From: Hyphomicrobiales bacterium
GTDB taxonomy: Bacteria; Pseudomonadota; Alphaproteobacteria; Rhizobiales; TMED25
Assembly: GCA_965204565.1 (NCBI GenBank)
Contig: CBDBEU010000005.1
Coordinates: 1,412,366 to 1,476,365, forward strand
Length of the DNA: 64,000 nucleotides
Direction: 5' to 3'
This document shows, piece after piece, positions 39,017 to 46,972 of this stretch (its first letter is position 1; the number at the start of each line of letters is the position of its first letter). Below the pieces are notes generated by a model. That model was not told the origin of the DNA and did not search any database. It saw only the letters and a list, made by a program, of their open reading frames with translations. A program made the position numbers and the translations under genes.

Positions 39017-40405
39017 ATGCCCACCCGCACAGAAACTGATACATTTGGTCCAATTGAAGTCACCGCGCAGAGCTATTGGGGCGCGCAGGCCCAGCGCTCA
39101 CTCGGCAATTTCAAGATCGGCTGGGAGAAACAGCCCCTGCCAATCGTGCGTGCACTCGGCATCGTCAAGCGGGCAGCGGCAGAAGCCAATATTGAACTTG
39201 GCCGGCTTGATGCCGGTATCGGCAAAGCGCTTATCGAAGCCGCTCAGGAAGTGATCGAAGGCAAGCTCGATGAGCACTTCCCGCTTGTTGTCTGGCAAAC
39301 CGGCTCCGGCACCCAGTCAAACATGAACGCCAATGAAGTGATTTCCAATCGGGCAATCGAAATTCTCGGCGGCGAGATGGGCTCCAAGAGCCCGGTGCAC
39401 CCGAACGATCACTGCAATATGTCGCAGTCGTCAAACGACACTTATCCGACCGCCATGCATATTGCCTGCGCCGGGGAGATCAGCCACCGCCTGCTGCCGG
39501 CGCTGCAAAAACTCCGCAACGCCCTGAACGACAAGGCGCAAGGTTGGGCCAGGATCATCAAGATCGGGCGCACCCACACCCAGGACGCAACTCCCCTCAC
39601 CCTTGGCCAGGAGTTTTCCGGCTACACCCGGCAAATAGAGAACGGCGCTGCCCGCATCGAGCAAACCCTGCCCAAACTCATGGAGTTGGCGCAGGGCGGT
39701 ACGGCTGTGGGTACAGGGCTCAACGCGCCGGTTGGTTTTGCCGAGCTGGTGGCTGAAAAAATAGCTGCGATCACCAAGCTTGACTTTACCACCGCGCCCA
39801 ACAAATTCGAGGCGCTTGCCGCCCATGACGCGATGGTCTTTTCCCATGGCGCGATCAACACTGTCGCTGCATCTCTGTTCAAGATCGCCAACGACATCCG
39901 CTTTCTGGGATCGGGACCGCGTTCAGGCCTCGGCGAGCTGGCTTTGCCTGAAAACGAGCCCGGTTCCTCGATCATGCCTGGCAAGGTGAACCCAACTCAG
40001 TGCGAAGCCCTGACCCAGGTTTGTGTGCAGATCTTCGGCAACCACGCCGCCCTGACTTTCGCTGGCAGCCAGGGCCATTTCGAGCTCAATGTGTTCAACC
40101 CTGTGATGGCTTACAATTTCCTGCAATCGGTGAGGTTGATGTCGGATGCCGCCGTGTCATTCACCGACAATTGCATCGCCGGTATCGAGCCGCGTGAAAA
40201 CAACATCCAGGCCGGCCTGGAGCAATCGCTGATGCTGGTCACGGCGATGGCACCCAGGATCGGATACGACAAGGCCGCCGAGGTCGCCAAGACCGCACAC
40301 AAGAACGGCACCACACTGAAAGATGAAGCGCTGCGGCTGGGTTATGTCACTGCCGAAGAATTCGATGCCCTGGTGCGCCCGGAAGACATGATCTCACCGC
40401 GATAG
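39017..40405 (+). CDS. fumC: Class II fumarate hydratase
   Basis: [15 protein letters not shown]...; [16 protein letters not shown] signature. ORF 38999..40405. Confidence 0.95.
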   Translation: MPTRTETDTFGPIEVTAQSYWGAQAQRSLGNFKIGWEKQPLPIVRALGIVKRAAAEANIELGRLDAGIGKALIEAAQEVIEGKLDEHFPLVVWQTGSGTQSNMNANEVISNRAIEILGGEMGSKSPVHPNDHCNMSQSSNDTYPTAMHIACAGEISHRLLPALQKLRNALNDKAQGWARIIKIGRTHTQDATPLTLGQEFSGYTRQIENGAARIEQTLPKLMELAQGGTAVGTGLNAPVGFAELVAEKIAAITKLDFTTAPNKFEALAAHDAMVFSHGAINTVAASLFKIANDIRFLGSGPRSGLGELALPENEPGSSIMPGKVNPTQCEALTQVCVQIFGNHAALTFAGSQGHFELNVFNPVMAYNFLQSVRLMSDAAVSFTDNCIAGIEPRENNIQAGLEQSLMLVTAMAPRIGYDKAAEVAKTAHKNGTTLKDEALRLGYVTAEEFDALVRPEDMISPR

Positions 40406-40502
40406 GCCTGAACCCCACACACCGAACGCATCGCTGATGCATAAAGAAATTATTAAACATCAGGTTACGCGAAATTGTTCCTCCAAATGGAGGAGCAGAT
40501 CA

Positions 40503-40880
40503 ATGAGTTCAAATGGCTATGTGTCACCAGAAAAATCAAACCCGGATCACGCGCAATTCGCATTGAAGATTAAGCGTGAGGGGAAAGGGGAAGGGACGGA
40601 TCTCCGGGTAAAGCTCGACGGGAATTTCGTCCGCCGCCGCCCGGGCAAAACCATGCGCGAGTTCGACGATGCATGCCTTGCGCCCGCGCCCGTTTTGGCA
40701 CCCGAGGGAATCAAGGCGATCCGCGAGTCTGAGCATGTCTCGCAGCCTGTTTTTGCGCGTTATCTCAATGTGTCGAAGAACCTCGTTTCCGACTGGGAGC
40801 GCGGCGCGAAGAAACCGGGCGGGCCTGCATTGCGGCTGCTTTCAATCATTCAACGTAATGGGCTCGACGCGGTGGCATAG
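40503..40880 (+). CDS. XRE-family HTH protein of the COG2944 / HigA-MqsA antitoxin-like type, no toxin partner
   Basis: C-terminal IKAIRESEHVSQPVFARYLNVSKNLVSDWERGAKKPGGPALRLLSIIQRNG. GGAGGA RBS before the ATG at 40503. AT-rich 5-prime end. Confidence 0.7.
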   Translation: MSSNGYVSPEKSNPDHAQFALKIKREGKGEGTDLRVKLDGNFVRRRPGKTMREFDDACLAPAPVLAPEGIKAIRESEHVSQPVFARYLNVSKNLVSDWERGAKKPGGPALRLLSIIQRNGLDAVA

Positions 40881-40886
40881 AAAATA

Positions 40887-40922
40887 TGCATCAAACAGAT
40901 TGATGCAGATTTTTAGTTGACA
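40887..40922 (+). promoter_or_regulatory. Perfect 8-bp inverted repeat (TGCATCAA-N5-TTGATGCA) followed by TTGACA, between the HTH gene and the RM operon
   Basis: IR at 40887-40907, T-run at 40909-13, TTGACA at 40917-22, which is 30 nt upstream of the half-hsdS ATG. It could be an operator plus -35 box, or a weak terminator. Confidence 0.35.
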
Positions 40923-40952
40923 TTGCCGCCGTAATGGGATCGTTTTCGCTGC

Positions 40953-41576
40953 ATGAAGCGTGAAGATGCACTCGATTCGACAATCCTGGTTGAGATGGCC
41001 TCCATCTCGGCTGGCTATCCGTTTCGGGGTAAGATTGATCAACTTCCCAAGGGCGATGTTGCTGTCATTCAGATGCGCAACGCTGATCCGGAAACCGGAA
41101 TCGATTGGCAGGGTCTAACCCGCGCTGAATTGCCGCAAAGTTCCGAAAAGGCGTTCCTGCATTCGGGCGACATTATTCTGTCTACGCGAGGCGGCAGGAA
41201 TTTTGCCTATTGCATTGAGAAGGGAAAGGGGCCGGTGGTTTGCTCACCGCACTTTTTCCTGATCCGGCTCATGCGAGATTCGATCCTGCCTGAATTTCTC
41301 GCATGGCAGATCAATCAAACGCACGCCCAAAACTATTTCACTGCGGGTGCCACAGGCTCTTACATTCTTAACCTGAAGCGCGCAGTCGTCGAACGACTTC
41401 CGATAGTGCTGCCATCCTTTGAACGGCAAAACTCCATAGTCCAAGCCGACAAAGCAGCGCGGGCCGAGCGCCTTGTTCTCAATCGGCTTATCCAGAACAG
41501 AACGAAAGAGATGAATGCCTTGGCCAAAGAGTTTTTGGGCAACGTCTCGGCATATCCAGAGCGAGAATCGACATGA
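40953..41576 (+). CDS. hsdS: Type I RM specificity subunit, half-size (single target-recognition domain plus one coiled-coil region)
   Basis: 207 aa; TRD followed by LPIVLPSFERQNSIVQADKAARAERLVLNRLIQNRTKEMNALAKEFL. The stop overlaps the hsdM ATG (ATGA). Confidence 0.8.
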   Translation: MKREDALDSTILVEMASISAGYPFRGKIDQLPKGDVAVIQMRNADPETGIDWQGLTRAELPQSSEKAFLHSGDIILSTRGGRNFAYCIEKGKGPVVCSPHFFLIRLMRDSILPEFLAWQINQTHAQNYFTAGATGSYILNLKRAVVERLPIVLPSFERQNSIVQADKAARAERLVLNRLIQNRTKEMNALAKEFLGNVSAYPEREST

Positions 41577-43081
41577 GCGACAGGATCGGACAGGACGAAG
41601 TGAACAAGGCCGTCTGGGCCGCCTGCGATACCTTTCGCGGAACGGTCTCGGCAGACGTCTACAAGGACTACGTCCTTAGCATGCTGTTTCTGAAATATAT
41701 CTCGGATGTGTGGCGGGACCATCATGACGAATACAAGAATCAATATGGCGACGAGCCCGAGCTGATCGCGGAACTGATGACGAACGAGCGCTTCGTCCTT
41801 CCCGAAAGCGCGAATTTCACCGCGCTCTTCAACGCTCGTTACGAGCCGGGGAATGGCGAACGGATCGACAAGGCGCTGCACGCCATCGAAGAAGCCAATA
41901 TCGTCAGGTTGCGCGATGTTTTCCAGGATATCAGCTTCAATTCGAACAAGCTGGGCGAGGAGAAGCAGAAGAACGACATCCTGCGCCATCTGCTGGAGGA
42001 TTTCGAGCGGCCCGAACTGAACATGCGTCCCTCGCGCATCGGCAATCTCGACGTGATCGGCAACGCCTATGAATTCCTCATCAAGAATTTCGCCGCCGAC
42101 GCCGGTCGCAAGGCCGGCGAGTTCTACACGCCTCCCGAAGTCTCGGAACTGATGGCCGAGATCATGGACATGGCCGAGGGCGAGGAAGCCTGCGATCCCG
42201 CCTGCGGTTCCGGCTCGCTGTTGATGAAGTGCGCTCGCCGCGTTCAGGCCAGGTTTGGCGGGTCTAAAAAATACGCACTGTTTGGGCAGGAATCGATCGG
42301 CAGCACCCAGGCGCTCGCCAGGATGAACATGTTCCTCCACGGCGAGGACAATCACCGCATCGAATGGGGCGACACAATTCGCAACCCCAAGCTGCTCGAT
42401 GGCGAGGACCGTCTGAAGCACTTCGATGTGGTCGTCGCCAATCCCCCTTTCAGCCTCGACAAATGGGGCCACGACACGGCAGAGAACGACAGGTTCGGAC
42501 GCTTCCGGCGCGGCGTGCCGCCCAGGACCAAGGGCGACTACGCCTTCATCCTCCATATGATCGAGACAATGAAGCCGAAGACCGGGCGGATGGCGGTGGT
42601 CGCGCCGCATGGCGTGCTGTTTCGCGGATCGAGCGAGGGCGGGATCAGGCGGAAACTGATCGAGGAGAACCTGCTCGAAGCGGTGATCGGCCTGCCGGAG
42701 AAGCTGTTCTACGGCACCGGCATTCCGGCCTGCATCCTGATCTTCCGCAAGACAAGGGCGGACGACAAGGTGCTGTTCGTCGATGCGAGCCGCGAGTTCA
42801 AATCGGGCAAGAACCAGAACCGGCTCGAAGAAGGGCATCTAGCGAAGATCGTCGAGACGTATCGCGAGCGGAAAACCGTCGACAGATACGCCTGTCTCGC
42901 CACGCCCGGGGAACTGGCCGAAAACGACTACAACCTCAACATTCCGCGCTATGTCGACACGTTCGAGGAAGAAGAGGAGATCGACCTCCTTGCCGTCCGC
43001 GCCGAACGGCTGAAACTGAAGGCGGAACTGGCCGAGTTGGAGAAGAAGATGGACGGCTATCTTCAGGAGCTTGGCTACTGA
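41573..43081 (+). CDS. hsdM: Type I RM N6-adenine DNA methyltransferase subunit
   Basis: 502 aa; FYTPPEVSELM, DPACGSGSLL (SAM motif I), VVANPPFS (motif IV). Confidence 0.95.
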   Translation: MSDRIGQDEVNKAVWAACDTFRGTVSADVYKDYVLSMLFLKYISDVWRDHHDEYKNQYGDEPELIAELMTNERFVLPESANFTALFNARYEPGNGERIDKALHAIEEANIVRLRDVFQDISFNSNKLGEEKQKNDILRHLLEDFERPELNMRPSRIGNLDVIGNAYEFLIKNFAADAGRKAGEFYTPPEVSELMAEIMDMAEGEEACDPACGSGSLLMKCARRVQARFGGSKKYALFGQESIGSTQALARMNMFLHGEDNHRIEWGDTIRNPKLLDGEDRLKHFDVVVANPPFSLDKWGHDTAENDRFGRFRRGVPPRTKGDYAFILHMIETMKPKTGRMAVVAPHGVLFRGSSEGGIRRKLIEENLLEAVIGLPEKLFYGTGIPACILIFRKTRADDKVLFVDASREFKSGKNQNRLEEGHLAKIVETYRERKTVDRYACLATPGELAENDYNLNIPRYVDTFEEEEEIDLLAVRAERLKLKAELAELEKKMDGYLQELGY

Positions 43082-44109
43082 TGGCGGGCGAACTCGTCCT
43101 TTACACCACCGAGGACGGCGATCTCGTTGTCCGCTTGCAGGAGCGGGACGGGAGCGTCCGGCTGACCCAATTGCAGCTTGCCGAACTCTTTCAAACCACG
43201 GTTTCCAATATCAACAAGCATATCAGGGGGGTATTGGACGATTGCGAGCAGGATGAGGCAACTATTGAGGAATACTCAATAGTTCAAACAGAGGGCAAGC
43301 GCAGCGTCGAGCGTCTGGTTGCGCATTACAGCCTCCCGATGATCCTTTCGGTCGGCTTTCGCGTGCGCTCCCCGCGCGGTGCACAGTTCCGCCGCTGGGC
43401 GGCAGAGACCCTGTCCGAATATATGGTCAAGGGCTTCGTCATGGATGACGACCGGCTGAAGGAGCCGGACAACGACTATTTCGAAGAACTGCTCGCCCGC
43501 ATCCGCGACATTCGCGCATCGGAAAAGCTGTTCTACAAGAAGGTGCTCGATATCTACGCGACTGCGGTGGATTATGATCCGAAGGCGGAGGCGAGCCAGC
43601 GGTTCTTCCAGACGGTGCAGAACAGGATGCACCACGCCGCCCATGGCCGGACGGCGGCGGAAACGAAGATTGCGCGGGCCGACAGTTCCAGGCCGATGAT
43701 GGGGCTGACCGGCTGGACCGGCGAGAAAAAGGGGCGTCTGCCCACGAAGCAGGATGCGCAGGTGGCGAAGAACCATCTGCAGGATGGCGAGATGGAGACG
43801 CTGAACCGCATCACCGTCGCCTTCCTCGAATTTGCCGAGGCCATGGCGACAGACCGAAAGCCGATGCACATGGCCGACTGGATCGCCAGGCTCGACGATT
43901 TCCTCAAACTGGGCGATCACAGGCCGCCGAGCGGTGCAGGCAAGGTTTCGGCCAGGGCGGCGACGAAAAAAGTGAGCGCCGAATATGACCGCTGGCATAA
44001 ACGAGCGATCAACGCGCCGAGCGCGATCGAGCGGCATTTTATCGAGGCCACCGCCAAGGTGAAGAAGCTCGCTGCGGAGAAGCCCGCCGGCAAGGGCGGT
44101 GCGGCATGA
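43081..44109 (+). CDS. rhuM: RhuM-family protein embedded between hsdM and hsdS
   Basis: MAGELVLYTTEDGDLVVRLQERDGSVRLTQLQLAELFQTTVSNINKHI...YSLPMILSVGFRVRSPRGAQFRRWAAETL...FYKKVLDIYATAVDYD. The ATG shares 1 nt with the hsdM TGA. The track ORF 42364..44109 is over-extended. Confidence 0.85.
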   Translation: MAGELVLYTTEDGDLVVRLQERDGSVRLTQLQLAELFQTTVSNINKHIRGVLDDCEQDEATIEEYSIVQTEGKRSVERLVAHYSLPMILSVGFRVRSPRGAQFRRWAAETLSEYMVKGFVMDDDRLKEPDNDYFEELLARIRDIRASEKLFYKKVLDIYATAVDYDPKAEASQRFFQTVQNRMHHAAHGRTAAETKIARADSSRPMMGLTGWTGEKKGRLPTKQDAQVAKNHLQDGEMETLNRITVAFLEFAEAMATDRKPMHMADWIARLDDFLKLGDHRPPSGAGKVSARAATKKVSAEYDRWHKRAINAPSAIERHFIEATAKVKKLAAEKPAGKGGAA

Positions 44110-45311
44110 TTCCGGAGGGGTGGAAGCAGACCGAACTCGGTGCCTTGGCTGACTTCGCTTCGGGTGGGACGCCTTCGAAGCAGAATGAGGCTTTCTGGGG
44201 TGGCTTCTTTCCTTGGGTTTCGGCCAAAGACCTGAAGAAGCATGTCATAAACAACGCTGAACTCTGCCTCACAGAAGAAGGCCGCAAAGTTGCCAAAACT
44301 GCTCCGATTGGCTCAGTTCTGGTTCTCGTTCGCGGTATGACACTCCTCAAGGATGTGCCCATCGGCTATGTGGCGGAACCAGTTGCATTCAATCAAGATA
44401 TCAAAGCCTTGGTCGCGAAGAGCTACGTCGCCCCAAAATTCTTGGCTTATTTACTTGTTTCATTGAGACGCCCGCTCATGACATTAGTCAACACTGCCAA
44501 TCATGGGACAGGTAGGCTCGATACCGATCTGCTCAAATCGTTTCCAGTCGTCCTGCCGTCATTTGTAGAGCAGTGCCGAATCGCAAAGACACTGGAAACG
44601 TGGGACCGCGCCATCGAGACGGTCGAGGCGCTGATCGCCAATGCCCGCGCGCAAAAACAGGCGCTGATGCAGCAACTCCTCCCGCAAGGCGCCACCCCGC
44701 CCAAAAAGCGTCTCCCCGGCTTTTCGGGGGAGTGGCGCGAAATGAAGCTAGGGGGAATGGCAAAAGTTGTGATGGGATCGTCACCGCCCTCATCTGCCTA
44801 CAACGAGACCGAAATAGGGCTGCCGTTGATCCAAGGCAATGCCGACATTAAGAACCGTCAGTCCGCACCACGTGTTCATACCAGCGAGATTACCCAAGTT
44901 TGCGAACCCAAGGATATTTTGTTCAGCGTGCGAGCACCCGTCGGCGAAATATCCATTGCGATCCACCATGCGTGTATCGGACGAGGCATTGCAGCAATCC
45001 GTCCGCATAGCGGAAGCGACGCTGACTTCTTGTATTTTTGCTTGCTTGCCGCAGAATCTCGATGGGCCCGCTTATCTCAAGGAAGCACCTTTCAGGCAGT
45101 GAACAGCAAGGATCTTAGGGGGTCCATAGTTTTCGCGCCCTCGAAAGAGACTGAACGTGAAGCAATCGGAGCGGCGGTTCGTGAGTCGCAATCGGCCAAA
45201 GACAACCTGCAATCCCAACTCGCCGCCCTCCGCCGGGAAAAGGCCGCGCTGATGCAGCAACTGCTCACCGGCAAGCGGCGGGTGAAACTCCCGGAAAGCG
45301 AGGTAGCGTAA
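44106..45311 (+). CDS. hsdS: Type I RM specificity subunit, full length (two TRDs)
   Basis: 401 aa; two variable TRDs separated by LPSFVEQCRIAKTLETWDRAIETVEALIANARAQKQALMQQLL. It ends with LAALRREKAALMQQLLTGKRRV. Confidence 0.9.
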   Translation: MIPEGWKQTELGALADFASGGTPSKQNEAFWGGFFPWVSAKDLKKHVINNAELCLTEEGRKVAKTAPIGSVLVLVRGMTLLKDVPIGYVAEPVAFNQDIKALVAKSYVAPKFLAYLLVSLRRPLMTLVNTANHGTGRLDTDLLKSFPVVLPSFVEQCRIAKTLETWDRAIETVEALIANARAQKQALMQQLLPQGATPPKKRLPGFSGEWREMKLGGMAKVVMGSSPPSSAYNETEIGLPLIQGNADIKNRQSAPRVHTSEITQVCEPKDILFSVRAPVGEISIAIHHACIGRGIAAIRPHSGSDADFLYFCLLAAESRWARLSQGSTFQAVNSKDLRGSIVFAPSKETEREAIGAAVRESQSAKDNLQSQLAALRREKAALMQQLLTGKRRVKLPESEVA

Positions 45312-46972
45312 TGGCTAAGACCAGATCATTTTCCATATTTCTTCTGAAAGACGATGCAACCCCTGATAATGCCTTGAAGGATGTGAAGGATGGCAATGCG
45401 CTGAAAGCGAATGCGGCGGCCAACAATCTGCCAGAAGGCGCGCGTTTATTTCTTTTGGACAAACCGCCTAATCCGCCTTGGTGGAAAGCCTACTTTGACG
45501 TCAAACAAGACCTGTTTCAGGGCTCAAAGGGCGCGCTTGTTTTCGTTCCAGCATCGGGCCGGTGGTTCGCGCTGTCGTTTGGCCATGTCTATCATAATTT
45601 GAAGGACACGAGTTACGAATATGATTTTGGTCTTCGCGTCACACTGAACTGCGTTAACCCGGAGGAGTTGAAAAGCACGGACGTACTGGAACCCAGCGGC
45701 GCAAAACGGCAAAGAACGCAGCTGCCGACAGTCGGCGATCTCACCTTTTTTGATGTCGATGCCGACAGCACAATTTTGAAAAGCCTCACTGGCAAGGTGA
45801 AAGCGGAGCATAAGGAAGTATTCAAGAGCGCAACCGGCTCCAGCAATATCCGCATTTCCTCCGAAGCAGCGCCGAATGAACTGATCGGACTTTGTGAGAA
45901 TCTATATGCTCTGTATCAGGAAGAGACCTACAAGACGGCGTTTCCGGACATACAGAACATCGCGCCGGTACGCGATCCCGTAACCATTGAGAATCTGAAT
46001 GGGCGATTGCTTGAAGCCTTCCGTGAAAAGGATGATGGCTTATCGTTATCGGTCCCTGAGATTGTCGATCATGGCGATGGTATCTGGGGAACATTTACTG
46101 GGGCACGCGCTGGCAAGGTGTATGATGATATTTTCATCGATCAGTATTACGAATATCTTGAAGATAAAAACGTCGGATTGAACACTATCGGCATTGACGT
46201 ACTAAAGCGCCATCAGCTTGCATTGACGAACGAAGATGGTAGCCACATCAGAAACAGCTACAGCATTCTGAAATGTCTGATATTCGATACGACGTTGGAA
46301 AACGGGACACAAAGCTATCATCTTCGTGAAGGGCATTGGTATCTAATCGACGCCGATTATATTGCTCGCCTGAAGACGTATCTTGACCCTCTATGCGAAG
46401 ACACGACGTTGCCGGATTTCGATCACGCAAATGAAGGCGAGTATAATATCGCCGCAGCGGCAGCAGAAAATGGCCGGGTGTGCATGGACAAGAAAAGTAT
46501 CACACCAAAAGGTCAAAAACCGGTCGAGCCTTGCGATATTTATGAAGTGGCCGATGACAAGGCGGTCCTCCATCACGTGAAAATATCGACGCTATCTGCA
46601 CAGCTTAGCCACTTATTCAACCAAGGCATTAACTCGGTCAATTTGATCCGGTCAGAAAGTGAGTCCTTGGAAAAAATGAAGGCGCTGGCTGGAGATGGTT
46701 TGGCTGATGCGGAGAAGGCAGAGTCAATCGCTCCTCTTGAGAATGACAAGTTTCGGATCGTTTATGATATCGTCACGCATAAGGATAAAGCTGACAAATC
46801 GCTAAATCTGCCGCTCTTCTCTCGCATCAGCTTAATGCGCTGCATGAAAGAATTCAGGCGCATGGGCATTGAAGCGGAATATTGCTTTATTCCTAACAAA
46901 TTTCCGAAAAATGCGGGAAAAAAGCGCAAGAAGAAACCCAAAGCTAGTCCCGCCGACGGGGCACAAAATTGA
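45311..46972 (+). CDS. Uncharacterised 553-aa protein between hsdS and hsdR (tentatively TIGR04141 / DUF6119-like; possible degenerate PD-(D/E)xK nuclease core)
   Basis: Overlaps both neighbours (TAATG at 45309-13; TTGA at 46969-72). SFSIFLLK, FALSFGHVYHNL, YDFGLRVTLNCV, EPCDIYEV-x10-LHHVKISTLSAQLSHLFNQG (aa 406-438), Lys-rich tail KKRKKKPK. Hand-counted GC is 42-47% on two 60-nt lines. Confidence 0.6.
   Translation: MAKTRSFSIFLLKDDATPDNALKDVKDGNALKANAAANNLPEGARLFLLDKPPNPPWWKAYFDVKQDLFQGSKGALVFVPASGRWFALSFGHVYHNLKDTSYEYDFGLRVTLNCVNPEELKSTDVLEPSGAKRQRTQLPTVGDLTFFDVDADSTILKSLTGKVKAEHKEVFKSATGSSNIRISSEAAPNELIGLCENLYALYQEETYKTAFPDIQNIAPVRDPVTIENLNGRLLEAFREKDDGLSLSVPEIVDHGDGIWGTFTGARAGKVYDDIFIDQYYEYLEDKNVGLNTIGIDVLKRHQLALTNEDGSHIRNSYSILKCLIFDTTLENGTQSYHLREGHWYLIDADYIARLKTYLDPLCEDTTLPDFDHANEGEYNIAAAAAENGRVCMDKKSITPKGQKPVEPCDIYEVADDKAVLHHVKISTLSAQLSHLFNQGINSVNLIRSESESLEKMKALAGDGLADAEKAESIAPLENDKFRIVYDIVTHKDKADKSLNLPLFSRISLMRCMKEFRRMGIEAEYCFIPNKFPKNAGKKRKKKPKASPADGAQN

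Noticed and set aside
40406-40502. Search for a toxin partner (HigB/RelE-like) for the antitoxin-like HTH gene
   Set aside because: Only 97 bp separate fumC from the HTH gene, and 72 bp separate the HTH gene from half-hsdS. No ORF of toxin size is present on either strand, so it is not a canonical type II TA pair.
41360-42838. 492-aa minus-strand ORF antisense to hsdM, and 411-aa ORF 46762..47997 antisense to the hsdR 5-prime end
   Set aside because: The sense strands carry unmistakable methyltransferase and helicase motifs. The antisense translations are low-complexity (R/A/G/D-rich). They occur exactly where local GC is highest (68-75%), as expected for shadow ORFs.
42364-43080. Upstream 239 codons of the track ORF 42364..44109 (would make a 581-aa RhuM)
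   Set aside because: This part overlaps hsdM in another frame and translates to an Arg/Gly/Pro-rich sequence. RhuM homology starts at MAGELVLYTTEDG (ATG 43081), which is coupled to the hsdM stop.
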